Positions 51,041-63,586 of a stretch of DNA of 64,000 nucleotides are shown piece by piece. The DNA is from Mobula hypostoma. Lineage: Eukaryota. A program made the translations under genes and the position numbers. Location of the stretch: assembly GCF_963921235.1 (NCBI RefSeq), contig NC_086109.1, positions 4,094,001 through 4,158,000 of the forward strand, given 5' to 3'. The notes beneath the pieces are model-generated. The model did not search any database. It had not been told where the DNA came from and saw only the letters and a list, made by a program, of their open reading frames with translations. Position 1 is the stretch's first letter. Each line of letters starts with the position of its first letter.

Positions 51041-51182
51041 AGGTGACTTCAAGCATGGAGAATCAGGATATCATTACAATAATATTTAATTATCCAAAGA
51101 CTTCCAGCAGCCACTGATGTTTCTCGGGATGTAGATTAATTTAGCCATTTTCACACTATGATCGGCATCTTTTTTTTTTCAG

Positions 51183-51317
51183 GGTACAGAGCCCGAGTCC
51201 GACTATCCTGTGGTGTTCATCTCTTTACTTGTCCTGGGGCTGCTATGTGCTTTGGGGATACTGGCCACCTCGTACTATTTGTGCAAGAAGAGCAGGACTC
51301 CCCCGCGCAGGAAACTG
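51183..51317 (+). CDS. CD34: CD34-like sialomucin, transmembrane exon
   Basis: Acceptor (t)n-cag|, donor CTG|gtaact, 135 bp, phase 0-0. Encodes GTEPESDYPVVFISLLVLGLLCALGILATSYYLCKKSRTPPRRKL: a TM helix plus basic stop-transfer segment. Confidence 0.82.
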
Positions 51318-51469
51318 GTAACTGCCTTTCCACAGAGGTTTACTGATATTCCATAGGCACACCCGACAGCATTAGGTCAGAACACAGTAGTGTGGTGACG
51401 CAGGTGCTGGCTGTCTGCATGGGCAGAGGCCGGAGACCCAGGGGATGACTTGTAAAAGGCCACACGTCA

Positions 51470-51880
51470 ATCAATCTCAGGCTCCAAGGCCGTTTCTCTT
51501 TGGAGCAAAGGAGGACAAGAGATGACAGAGGTGTACAAAATAAGAGGCTTAGATCGAGTGGACAGCCAGTGACTTTTCCCCAGGGTGGAAATGGGTAATG
51601 GCATAATTTTAAAGTGATTGGAAGAAAGTATAGAGGAGATGTCAGAGGTAAGTTTTTTACACAGAGGGTGGTAGGTGTGTGAAACACACTGCTAGAAGTG
51701 GTGATAGAGACACATACATTAGGGACATGTAAATAATTCTTAGATAGGCACATGGATGATAGAAAAATGGAGGCTATGTGGAAGAGAAGAGTTAGTTTGA
51801 TCAGAGTAGGTTATAAGGTTGGCACAACTTTGTGGGACAAAGGATCTGAACTGTTCTGTGGTGTTCTATGTTCTATGTTG
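51470..51880 (+). mobile_element. CR1 3' fragment
   Basis: ttttttacacagagggtggtaggtgtgtg; (gttctat)n tail. Confidence 0.78.
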
Positions 51881-52033
51881 TATGAACTTGACTACAGAAG
51901 TACATGGGGTGGTAAAGAAGGTGAATGTCATGCTTAAATACAAGAGACTCTGTAGATGCTGGAAATCCAGAGCAACACACACAAATTGCTGGAGGAACTC
52001 AGCAGGTCAAGCTGCACCTAAAGAAATGAATAA

Positions 52034-52591
52034 CAGACATCCCTCCTCTCCCGGAAGTTCCGGGAGTCTCCCGCATATGAATAGTGGCTCCCAGATGCTC
52101 GCAAATTATATACAATATCACGGAAATCAATTTTTTGAGAGCGAGTGAGAGAGCGCACAAGCGAGAGAGAGCGCGAGAGCAAGCAAGCGAGAGAGAAAGC
52201 AAGCAAGAGTGCGAGAGCGACCACGAGAGAGAGCAAGAGCGCTCCGTGGCAGAGTGTTCCAGAAAAAAAAGAAAATATAAAACATACATCGCCCCCAGTC
52301 TACACTAAAGTGTCCCCTGCCTAATAGGGGTCAAAATAATGACAGTGTTGCTCGCTGCACTGTTTGCAACAGTGACTTTTCTATTGCCCATGGTGGGTTA
52401 AGACTGTAAAAGACATGTTGAGGTGAGTTTAACAGGTGTTATTCGTTCATTAGCATAGCTAATGTTATTTAAACTAGCTGGCTAGCTGCTAAGGAGCTAC
52501 TCTATTGCAGACATTCCACCTCTCCCGGAAGTCTCCCGCAAATTGATGGTGCTACCTCCCTGAAATGAGTTTTTGAAGGGTGGGATGTCTG
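52034..52591 (-). mobile_element. Non-autonomous hAT-type element (sister of 26858-27590) inserted in a PLE end
   Basis: Same TIRs; gaataa is duplicated at both flanks. PLE end spans 51940-52033 and continues at 52592. Confidence 0.88.
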
Positions 52592-52619
52592 GAATAAACA
52601 GTCAGTATAATGGGCTGCG

Positions 52620-53217
52620 TCAGGACATGCTTGCCTTTATCACAAGGGTTATTGAGTATAAGAGGCAGGAGGTCATGTTGCAGTGGTATAAAACATCACT
52701 CGGGCCACACTTGGAGAACTGTGTGCAATTCTGGCTGCCCCGTTACAGGAAGGATGTGGAGTCTTTGGAGAGGGTGCAGAAGGAGTTCACCAGGATGCTG
52801 CCTGGATTAGAGGGCATCAGAGACAAGGAGAGGTTGAACAAACTCAGGTGGTTTTCCCTGGAGGAGTGGGGGCTGAGGGGAAAACTGATAGAGGGTTATA
52901 ACATTATGAGAGGCAGAGAAAGAGTCAATAGTCATAGATTTGTTCTCAAGATAGCAACAGCAAGTACTATAGGGTGTGCATCTAAGGCGAGAGGGGAACG
53001 TTTAAAGGAGATGTATAGGATGAGAGTTTATACAGGGAGTCGTGGGTACCGGGGTAGTGGAGGGGGCAACAACAATGGTGCTGTTTAAGAGGCTGTTAGA
53101 CAGATACACATGGACGTTCATGCATTTGAGGGACATGGATCACGTGCAGGTAGAAGGGCTTTAGCTTAATTGGCATCGTTGTCAGCACAGACACGATGGG
53201 CCGAAAGGACTGTTCCT
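52620..53217 (+). mobile_element. CR1 fragment
   Basis: MLAFITRVIEYK..HLENCVQFW. Confidence 0.85.
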
Positions 53218-55270
53218 ATAAGACCATAAGATATAGGAGCAGAGGTAGGCCATTCAGCCCATCGAGTCTACCCCGCTATTCAATCATGGGCTGATCCAAT
53301 TCTTCCAGTCATCCGCACTCCCCAGCTTTCACCCCATACCCTTTGATGCCCTGGCTAATCAAGAACCTATCTATCTCTGCCTTAAATACACCCAATGACT
53401 TGGCCTCCACAACTGCTTGTGGCAACAAATTCCACAGATTTACCACCCAAAGTAATTTCTCCGCATCTCAGTTCTAAAAGGACGTCCTTCAATCCTGAAG
53501 TCATGCCCTCTTATCCTAGAATCCCCCACCATGGGAAATAATTTACCCATAACTAACTGTTCAGGCCTTTTAATATTTGGAATGTTTCTATGAGATTCCC
53601 CCTCATTCTCCTGAACTCCAGGGAATACAGCCCAAGAGCTGCCAGACGTTCCTTATACGGTAACCCTTTCATTCCTGGAATCACTCTTGTGAATCTTCTC
53701 GGAACCCTCTCCAATGTTAGTATATCTTTTCTCAAATAAGGAGCCCAAAACTACACATAATAGTCCAAGTGTGGTCTCACAAGTGCCTTATAGAGCCTCA
53801 ACATCACATCCCTGCTCTTATATTCTATACCTCTAGAAATGAATGACAACATTGCATTTGCCTTCTTCACCACCGACTCAACCTGCAGGTTAACCTTTAG
53901 GGTGTCCTGCACAAGGACTCCCATGTCCCTTTGCATCTCTGCATTTTGAATTCTCTCCCCATCTAAATAATAGTCTGCCCTTTTATTTCTTCCACCAAAG
54001 TGCACGACCATACACTTTCCAACATTGTATTTCATTTGCCACTTCTTTGCCCATTTCCCTAAACCATCTAAGTCTCTCTGCAGGTTCTCTGTTTCCTCAA
54101 CACTACCCGTTCCCCACCTATCTTTGTATCATCAGCAAATTTCACCACAAATCCATTAATATCGTAGTCCAAATCATTGACATGCATCGTAAAGAGCAGC
54201 GGTCCCAACACCGACCCCTGTGGAACTCCACTGGTAACCGGCAGCTAGCCAGAATAGGATCCCTTTATTCACACTCTCTGTTTTCTGCTGACCAGCCAAT
54301 GCTCCACCCACGCTAGTAACTCCCCTGTAATTCCATGGGTTCTTATCTTGCTAAGCAGCCTCATGTGCGGCACCTTGTCAAAGGCCTTCTGAAAATCCAA
54401 GTACACCACGTCTACTGCATCTCCTTTGTCTACCCTGCTTGTAACTTCCTCAAAGAATTGCAGTAGGTTTGTCAAGCAGAATTTTCCTTTCAGGACACTA
54501 TGCTGGCTTTGGCCAATCTTGTCAGGTGCCTCCAGGTATTCCGTAATCTCATCCCTAACAATCGATTCCAACAACTTCCCAACCACATGTCAGGCTAACA
54601 GGTCTATAGTTTCCTTTCTGCTGCCTCCCACCCTTCTTAAATAGCAGAGTAACATTTGCAATTTTCCAGTCATCCAGTACAATGCCAGAATCTATCGATT
54701 CTTGAAAGATCATCATTAATGCCTCTGCAATCTCTCCAGCTACTTCCTTCAGAACCCAAGGGTGCATTCCATCAAGTCCAGGAGTTTTATCCACCCTCAG
54801 ACCATTAAGATTCCTGAGCATCTTCTCAGTCGTAATTTTCACTGCACATACTTCACTTCCCTGACACTCTTGAATGTCCAGTATACTGCAGATGTCTTCC
54901 ACTGTGAAGACTAATTCAAAATACGCATCTCTGCATCTCTCAATACAATATCTCCAGCGTCACTTTGTATTGATCCTATATCTACCCTCCACTCTCTTTT
55001 ACCCTTTATATACTTAATAAAGCTTTTAGTATCTTGTTTAATATTAGTTGCAAGCTTCCTCTCATAATTCATCTTTTCCTTCCAAACGACCTTCTTAGTT
55101 TCCTTCTGCAAGTTTTTAAAAGCTCCCCAATCCTCTATCTTCCCACTAGCTCTGGCTTCCTTGTATGCCCTCTCTTTTGCTTTTACTTTGGCTCTGACTT
55201 CACTTCTCAGCCACGGTAGTGTCCTTCTTCCCTTTGAGAATTTCTTCTTATTTGGAATATATCTGTCTTG
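53218..55270 (-). mobile_element. CR1 LINE, degenerate ORF2 and 3' UTR
   Basis: ORFs 54911-55291, 54555-54902, 54269-54586, 53751-54035 and 53553-53735 carry CR1 RT motifs. Confidence 0.95.
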
Positions 55271-55509
55271 CCAAACTGTTCTATCTTCCACGTTTCAAAG
55301 CGATGTCCAAGTCACAGACACTGTGGGAGAAGCAGCAGGAGGCGCTTACCATTCCTGGTGGATCATTTAGCTCAGTGCTGATGTTCTCATACATCCCGAC
55401 CGCACCCCCCCCCCCACCCCGCACCCTGGTCTGGGGCATGACGCACCGGTGGGTGCAGATGGCTGCGGAATATTAGCAAACCTGGCAGGTGGAAGAAACC
55501 CAGGGCTGG

Positions 55510-55885
55510 AGGGTGAGGAGGGTGAGAATGAGGCGTTGAGTGAGGAGGTGAGAATAAGATGATAAGGAAGAGACAAGGGGACAAGGAGGTGAGGATGAGG
55601 GCGAGGCAGTGAGGAGGTGAAGATGAGGCAATGAGGTCGAAGTGCTGAGAAAGTGAGGATTAGGCGATGAGGAATTTGCAAAGCTGAGGGGGTGATGAGG
55701 AGGTAAGAATGAGGTGATAAGGGTGAGGCAGTGAGGAGGAGAGGAGGCGATGAGGAAAAGGTGGAGCTGAGGGAGCAGTGTAGAGGTTAGGATGAGGCAA
55801 TATGAGATCAAGGCAGTGAGGAGGAGGATAGGAGAGCATGAAGAAGAGGAGGTGAGAAAAGGGAGATGAGGAGGTGGCAGTGAGA
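55510..55885. repeat. Purine-rich low-complexity tract (gag/gtgag/gatgag)
   Basis: Directly visible. Confidence 0.8.
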
Positions 55886-55995
55886 AAATCCTCTGCTGGG
55901 TAACTCTCACTGAAAGCTTCTCCAAGGCCACTTTATAAAGACACATCTTCATGCCTGTGGGTTCGGAAGATCAACACGCGTGCATGTGTGTGCGT

Positions 55996-57683
55996 GTGTG
56001 TGCAACACACATCAAAGTTGCTGGTGAACGCAGCAGGCCAGGCAGCATCTCTAGGAAGAGGTACAGTCGACGTTTCAGGCCGAGACCCTTCGTCAGGACT
56101 AACTGAAAGAAAAGCTAGTAAGAGATTTGAAAGTGGGAGTGGGAGGGGGAGATCCAAAATGATAGGAGAAGACAGGAGGGGGAGGGATGGAGCCAAGAGC
56201 TGGACAGGTGATTGGCAAAGGGGATATGAGAGGATCATGGGACAGGAGGCCCAGGGAGAAAGAAAAGGGGGAGGGGGGGAAAGACCCAGAGGATGGGTAA
56301 GGGGTATCGTGAAAGGGACAAAGGGAGAAAAAGGAGAGAGAGAAAAAGAATGTGTGTATATAAATAAATAACGGATGGGGTACGGGGGGAGGTGGGGCAT
56401 TAATGGAGAGTCAGAGAAGTCAATGTTCATGCCATCAGGTTGGAGGCTACCCAGACGGAATATAAGGTGTTGTTCCTCCAACCTGAGTGTGGCTTCATCT
56501 TTACAGTAGAGGAGGCCATGGATAGACATATCAGAATGGGAATGGGACGTGGAATTAAAATGTGTGGCCACTGGGAGATCCTGCTTTCTCTGGCGGACAG
56601 AGCGTAGATGTTCAGCAAAACGATCTCCCAGTCTGCGTCGGGTCTCGCCAATATATAGAAGGCCACATCGGGAGCACCGGACGCAGTATATCACCCCAGT
56701 CGACTCACAGGTGAAGTGTCGCCTCACCTGGAAGGACTGTCTGGGGCCCTGAATGGTGGTAAGGGAGGAAGTGTAAGGGCATGTGTAGCACTTGTTCCGC
56801 TTACAATGATAAGTGCCAGGAGGGAGATCAGTGGGGAGGGATGGGGGGGGGCGAATGGACAAGGGAGTCGCGTAGGGAGCGATCCCTGCGGAAAGCAGAG
56901 GGGGGGAGGGAAAGATGTGCTTAGTGGTGGGATCCCATTGGAGGTGGCGGAAGTTACAGAGAATTATATGTTGTACCTGGAGGCTGGTGGGGTGGTAGGT
57001 GAGGACCAGGGGAACCCTATTCCTAGTGGGGTGACAGGAGGATGGAATGAGAGCAGATGTGCGTGAAATGGGGGAGATGCGTTTGAGAGCAGAGTTGATG
57101 GTGGAGGAAGGGAAGACCCTTTCTTTAAAAAAGGAGGACATCTCCCTCATCCTGGGATGAAAAGCCTCATCCTGAGTGCAGATGCGGTGGAGACGGAGGA
57201 ATTGCAAGAAGGGGATGGCATTTTTGCAAGAGACAGGGTGAGAAGAGGAATAGTCCAGATAGCTGTGAGAGTCAGTAGGCTTATAGCAGACATCAGTAGA
57301 TAAGCTGTCTCCAGAGATAGAGACAGAAAGATCTAGAAAGGGGAGGGAGGTGTTGGAAATGGACCATGTAAATTTGAGGGCAGGGTGAAAGTTGGAGGCA
57401 AAGTTAATGAAGTCAATGAGCTCAGCATGCGTGCAGGAAGCAACCCCAATGCAGTCATCGATGTAGCGAAGGAAAAGTGGGGGACAGATACCATAATAGG
57501 TTTGGAACATACATTGTTCCACAAACCCAACAAAAAGGCAGGCATAGCTGGACCCATACGGGTGCCCATGGCTACACCTTTAGCATGGAGGAAGTGGGAG
57601 GAGCCAAAGGAGAAATTATTAAGAGTAAGGACTAATTCCGCTAGATGGAGCAGAGTGGTGGTAGAGGGGAACTGGTTAGGTCA
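55996..57683 (-). mobile_element. Penelope-like element, 5'-truncated (RT C-half plus GIY-YIG), frameshifted
   Basis: GVAMGTRMGP, FLRYIDDC, LPFLD, SSHP, CKRNKCYTC and VIYCVRCSRCGLLYIGET motifs, then the pLTR with hammerhead. Confidence 0.96.
56064..56105 (-). ncRNA. Minimal hammerhead ribozyme (intact core)
   Basis: Reverse complement is identical to 576-617. Confidence 0.85.
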
Positions 57684-57684
57684 G

Positions 57685-57712
57685 TGGTGTGTGTGTGTGT
57701 GTGTGTGTGTCT

Positions 57713-57744
<32 letters not shown>

Positions 57745-57752
57745 CTGTGTAT

Positions 57753-57789
<37 letters not shown>

Positions 57790-57851
57790 TGTGTCTGTGT
57801 GTGTGTGTGTGTGAGAGTGTCTGTGTGTGTGAGTGTCTGTGTGTGTGTGAG

Positions 57852-57889
<38 letters not shown>

Positions 57890-57906
57890 AGTGTCTGTGT
57901 GTGTGA

Positions 57907-57940
<34 letters not shown>

Positions 57941-58054
57941 CTGTGTGTGTGTGTGAGTGTGTCTGTGTGTGTGTGTGTCTATGTATGTGTCTGTGTGTGT
58001 GAGAGTGTCTGTGTGTGTGTGTGTGTGAGTGTGTGAGAGTGTCTGTGTGTGTGA

Positions 58055-58091
<37 letters not shown>

Positions 58092-58216
58092 TGTGTGTGT
58101 GTGTGTGTGTGTGAGTGTGTCTGTGTGTGTGTGTGTCTATGTATGTGTCTGTGTGTGTGAGAGTGTGTGTGTGTGTGTGTGTGTGTGTGAGTGTGTGAGA
58201 GTGTCTGTGTGTGTGA

Positions 58217-58275
<59 letters not shown>

Positions 58276-58380
58276 AGTGTGTCTGTGTGTGTGTGTGTCT
58301 ATGTATGTGTCTGTGTGTGTGAGAGTGTGTGTGTGTGTGTGTGTGAGTGTGTGAGTGTGTGAGAGTGTCTGTGTGTGTGA

Positions 58381-58474
<94 letters not shown>
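57685..58474. repeat. Compound (TG)n microsatellite with higher-order repeats
   Basis: About 790 bp of TG with recurring gtct, gaga and ctatgtat interruptions. Confidence 0.97.
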
Positions 58475-58475
<1 letters not shown>

Positions 58476-58639
58476 ACAGTGTACAATGGCAATGTCGGAA
58501 CCCCAGTGCAGAGCAAAGACAGACTCCAAGTGTAGAGATGGCAACCAGAGTTTATTCATAAATTCCAACAGAACATCGGTGGTCAGGCAGCTGACAGCGT
58601 GAGATGTAGCAATCATCCTCGGGACAAAGACTGAGGGGA

Positions 58640-59015
58640 GATTTGACATATAAAATGATGAAGGGTATAGATAGGGTAATTGAAAGCAAGCCTTTTCCAC
58701 TGAGGTTGGGTGGAACTGCAACTACAACTAGAGGTCATGGGTTAAGGGTGAAAGGTGAAAAGTTTAAGGGGAACATGAGAGGAAACTTCTTCACTCAGAG
58801 GGCTGTGAGAGTGTGGAATGAGCTGTTAGCAGAAGTGGACCATGCAAGCTCAATTTCAATATTTAAGAGAAGTTTGGGTAGGTACATGGATGGGAGGGAT
58901 ATGGAGGGCCTTGGCTGCAAGTCAATGGGATTCGGCAGTTTAAATGGTTTGGCACTGACTAGATGGGCTGAAGGGCCTGTTTCTGCGCTGTACTTTTCTA
59001 TGACTCTATGATTCT
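58640..59015 (+). mobile_element. CR1 3' fragment
   Basis: YKMMKGIDRV..NFFTQRAVRVWNEL. Confidence 0.88.
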
Positions 59016-59682
59016 AATCTCTAAACCAGGACCCTGTAATTAGCTCTAATCAGGCATTTGTTTATATAATACAAGTAAGACGGACTCCCCAAGCTTATCA
59101 AAATAAACTTAAGCTTAAATTCTAGGCACCAGGAGACCACATTACAAAGAGTGAGTTGCTCAGGAAAAACACAAGGTACTCCAAATGATTAATGACTCCC
59201 CTTAAACAACAATTAACCAATTCAGCTGCTCTATAAAACTTGGAGCCCCACACTCTCCGGCACCCTGCAGAAGCCAGAGAGCTCATTACTGTGTGCGTGT
59301 GCGTGTGCGTGTGTATGTATGTATGTATGTATATGTATATTATCTACATGCATATGTGTGTGTGAGTGTGTGTTCAGACGTGCTGCCAGCTGTTCACGGG
59401 CTGCTGGAACTCTCACTCCCACCCTGACCACACCTCTCATTGCTCTGTGCACCTACTGACCCCAAATTCTGAACCAGACTCTGGTCAGACCCACCCCTGG
59501 GAACATCTGTGAACCTGTTCTCTAGGGCTTCTTGCTCCAGTGTGAGACTGGAGGCTGATGAATCCCCAGCAGCTGATGTGGGATGTGGAGGTACTGAGCA
59601 CTCAAGGTTCATCTGCCAACTTTCATAGACTAGAGTTGTTCCCGTTGACTGGACGGGACAAAAAGTGGTGTCATTTATTCAG

Positions 59683-59796
59683 GAGGGAGGGAGAGAACAC
59701 AAACCTCTGCCCTGTGAGTCCCAAAACGGTGCCAAGGAGCAAATGGAATCTGTAAGGAAGGATTTAATACCACGACACCTTGTAACCATCACATAG
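59683..59796 (+). CDS. Candidate cytoplasmic exon of the CD34-like gene
   Basis: Acceptor tcatttattcag|, phase 0. Encodes EGGREHKPLPCESQNGAKEQMESVRKDLIPRHLVTIT*, with AATAAA at 59811. An alternative donor gtaagg lies at 59752. Confidence 0.45.
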   Translation, partial: EGGREHKPLPCESQNGAKEQMESVRKDLIPRHLVTIT

Positions 59797-61504
59797 TTTA
59801 ATAGATTTCAAATAAATGTATTGTTTTTTTTTATTTTAAAAAACTTATTTGTGAATTTTTTATTTATGTAATGTTCTCAACTGTTTCTGAAGATCTCTAG
59901 TCAGTAGAGCCACTAGCGAGGAGAGTCACAGAGGCAATACCACGTAGAAACAGGCCTTTTGTCCCAATTGTTCCATGCTGACTCTTTCCAAGCTAGTCCA
60001 ATTTGCTGGCATTTGATCCATAACATTCTAGATCCTTCCAATCCATATACCCATCAAAATGCCTTTTAAGAGTCATTATTGCACCTGCCTCAACCATTTC
60101 CTCTGGCAGGACATGCCACATAAATATTAAGCCTTTGTGTAAACACTTCTGTATGTCCGAAGTAGGGTTGTTTTGTTTGGCTGCATACGTATAGTCAGAA
60201 GGTAATAAATTCGAACTTGAAAGCAGTTTCCCCTCAAGTTTCTATTACACCCCTAAAACCTGTTCCCTTGGGTTCTTATTCCCCATCCCTGGGAGAGGAC
60301 TGAGTGCATTCTCTCTGCCTGTGACCCTCGTGGTTTTACACACTCAATGTTTCAGGAGCAACTTTGTGTGATGTCAGTAGATTTCTAAATAGCCCATGAA
60401 CACTACCCTCACTATTTCTCTTTTGCATAACTTGTATTACGACTTACAGTATTTTTATGAATTGCATCGTACTGCAGCCGCCAAACAACAGATTTCACAA
60501 CCGATATCAGTGGTAATAAACCTGATTCTGATTCTGATAAGATCACCCCTTAGTCTCCTGTGCATATAGATTATTAGGGTCATAGAGTACTACAGTAAAA
60601 AACAGGCCCTTCAGCCCATCTAGTCCATGGTTCAATTTAATATCAGAGGATGTATACAGTATACAACTTGAAATTCTTACTCTTCACATGGTTCAACATG
60701 GATCAGATGGGCCGAAGAGCCTGTTTCTGTGCTGTACTTTTCTATGACTCCATCTAGCTCTAAGGAATAAATTTCTGGCCTGTCCAATCTTTCTCTATTA
60801 CTCAGTCCCTCACTTCCTGGCAGGACCATGTCATTTTTCTTTCTGTACAATTTCCAGCTTAATATCACCTTTCCACTGTAGAATTGACCAACACTGAACA
60901 CAGTGCTCCAAGTTTGGCCTCGCCAGTGTCCTGTACAACCACACCATGACCTCTCAACTTTTATACCCAGTTCCCTGACTGATGAAGGCAGGGTGCAAGA
61001 CCTTTAGCAGTAGGAGGTGTCAGATGGCCATCAGGGGCAGACACTGGGTGGGATCTGTACCCATCCCGAGACCCTGGTGAGACCGTCAAGCTGGAGAAAT
61101 CACAATGCCAATGAATCCTAGTGAGCCGGTGACCACAATTCACACACTGATTACTCTCGGTCTCATATGAAGGTTTATAATCTTCCTGCTAACTGTAATT
61201 TATTAGAATGATGCACAGTCTGTGCAGATTAAAAGTGAATTTATCAAAGGTTATTGGACAGATATTAAATTCCAGTGCCAATTACTTCATGAGTGTTGTT
61301 AGTCCGTTTATGTTAAACTGATTGATGGCTGCAATTATTCGAGGACATAAATGATGTCACACTAAGTCTCGATGGGCTGATCCTCAGTGTCGGAGCACAG
61401 TGAGGGGTTGGAGAACGGGAGGACCACCTTACAAAGGACAAGTTATATCTCCAGTCATCAGGAGCCATTGGGACTGATGTTCAAATGCTGGCGTTCCTTA
61501 ATGT

Positions 61505-63150
61505 TTGGCTGTCTGACTGGATGCCAGTGACTAGTGGTGTGCCACAGGGGTCAGTACAGGGTCTGTTGTTGTTTGTCATCTATATCAATGACCTGGACGA
61601 TGCTACAGGGAGAGTGCAGAGGAGATTTACTAGGATGTTGCCTGGAAAGGAGAGCATGACTTATGAGAATAGGTTGAGTGAACTCAGCCTTTTCTCCTTG
61701 GAGCGACAGAGGATGAGAGGTGACCTGATAGAGGTGTATAAGATGATGAGAGGCATTGGTCGTGTAGATAGCCAGAGGCTTTTTCCCAGGGCTGAAATGG
61801 CTCACACAAGGGGGCAAAGTTTTAAGGTGCTTGGAAGCAGCTACAAGGGGGATGTCAGAGGTAACTTCTTCACACAGAGAGTGGAGGGTGCGTGGAATAC
61901 ACTTCCAGCGAAGGTGATAGAGGTGGATACAGTAGGGTCTTTTAAGACACTCTTAGATAGGTGCACGGAGCTTTGAAAAATAGTGGGCTATGTGGTAGGG
62001 AAACTCTGGGCAGTTTCTAGAGCAGGTTGCATGGTTGGCACAACTTTGTAGGCCGAAGGGTTTGTAATCTGCTGTAGAGTTCCATGTTCTGTGTTTCTAT
62101 GATATTGTCACAATAGGGTGATGATCTGGATGATAGATTTGCACTAGCAAACTCGTGGATGACACCAAGACCTGGGGTGTAGCGGACAGCGAAGAAGACT
62201 ATCAAAGCTAGCAGTGGAACCTGGACTAGGTGGTAAAATAGGCTGGAAGACAGTGTTTAGGTTAGAGTTAAATTGGGAATGGGGATGTTGCTGGGTAGGG
62301 CAGCCCGAAGGGCTGAAGGGCCTGTACTGCACTACCAGGGAATTCCAACCCTGGGTCCACAGATCCCTCGGTTAATGATAGGGGTCCATGGCATAAAAAA
62401 GGTTGGGGACCCCTGCTCCAACTAAAATGGCACATTTTTATGCAGACAAGTGTAAAGTGTTGCACTTTGGGAGGACAAACCAGTGTAGGACTTACACAGT
62501 GAACCGTGGAGTACTGAGAAGTGCAGAGGAACAGAGAGATCGGGGGAAAAAAAGATCTTTAATTCCTTGAAAACGGCAGCACAGTTAGACAGGGTCGTAA
62601 AGAGAGCTTGCGGTGCATTGGCCTTCATAAATCAAAGTTTTGATTACAAGAGTTGTGATTTTTTTTTGAAGTTGTATAAGATGTTGGAGTATTGTGTGCA
62701 GTTCTGGTTAATTACCTTGAGCAAAGGTGTCAATTAGATTCAAAGAGTGCAGAAGAACATTACAAAGGTGTTGCCAGGACTTGAGGAAGGGTTGAATGTT
62801 GGGATATTTTTCCCTGGAATGCAGGAGACTGAGGAGGGATATGATAGAAGTACAGTACACAAAATTATGAAGGGTATAGATAGAGCAGGCTTTTCCCACT
62901 GAGGTTGGGTGAGGCTATAGGTCATAGGTGAAGGGTGAAAGGTGAAACATTTAAGGGGAACATGTGCTCAGAAGGTGGTGATAGGGTGGAGCAAGCTGCC
63001 AGTGGAAGTGGTCGATGTGGGTTCAAATACAACATTTAAGAGAAGTTTAGTTAAGTACGTGGATGGGAAGGGTGTGGATGGCTATGATTGGTGGGAGTGC
63101 AGGATGGGCTAAATGGGCTGAATGGCCTGTCTGTGCTGCAGTGATCTGTG
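61505..63150 (+). mobile_element. Cluster of CR1 fragments with a small hAT-like MITE (62336-62415)
   Basis: VTSGVPQGSV..YINDLD is joined by deletion to RVQRRFTRMLP. Further CR1 pieces follow; MITE ends ggttggggacccctg. Confidence 0.82.
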
Positions 63151-63586
63151 ATCATCATTATGTACAAATGTGTATGCACACTAAGTGGAGGAGTTGTGTT
63201 TCTAAATGAATAACATGTAAACTGGACAACTGAAGCCCAAATGGTCTCCAGCTGAAACGTTCCTCCCCCACCACCCCAACAGATGCTGCCTGACCTGCTG
63301 AGTTCCTCCAGCAGAATGGTGTTGCTCCCAGACTGCAGCGTCTGCTGTCTCCTGTGTCTCCATCTGAAGCCCTTCATTTACTGGACTCCTCAGTGCAGGG
63401 AGAGGAACACAGGCTTTTGCCTTGAACACAGGTTCCTCCCTCTTCTCCAGTAGCCTGGAACTGGGAGTTCCTTGCTCAGAAGGTGGGATTCGGAGCCAAT
63501 TCCCATCGTGTCCTGTGTGGAATCCACGACCAACCACATCACAACGGGCAGCAAATAATCTGCTGGAGGAAGTCAACCGGTCAATC

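Noticed and set aside
55933..57522. 529-aa ORF as an intact PLE protein
   Set aside because: 5'-truncated, frameshifted near 57550, has an out-of-frame patch (LLSAGIAPYATPL), and has lost the normal stop.
57385..58721. His/Thr- and Cys/Val-rich ORFs
   Set aside because: Translations of the (TG)n microsatellite.
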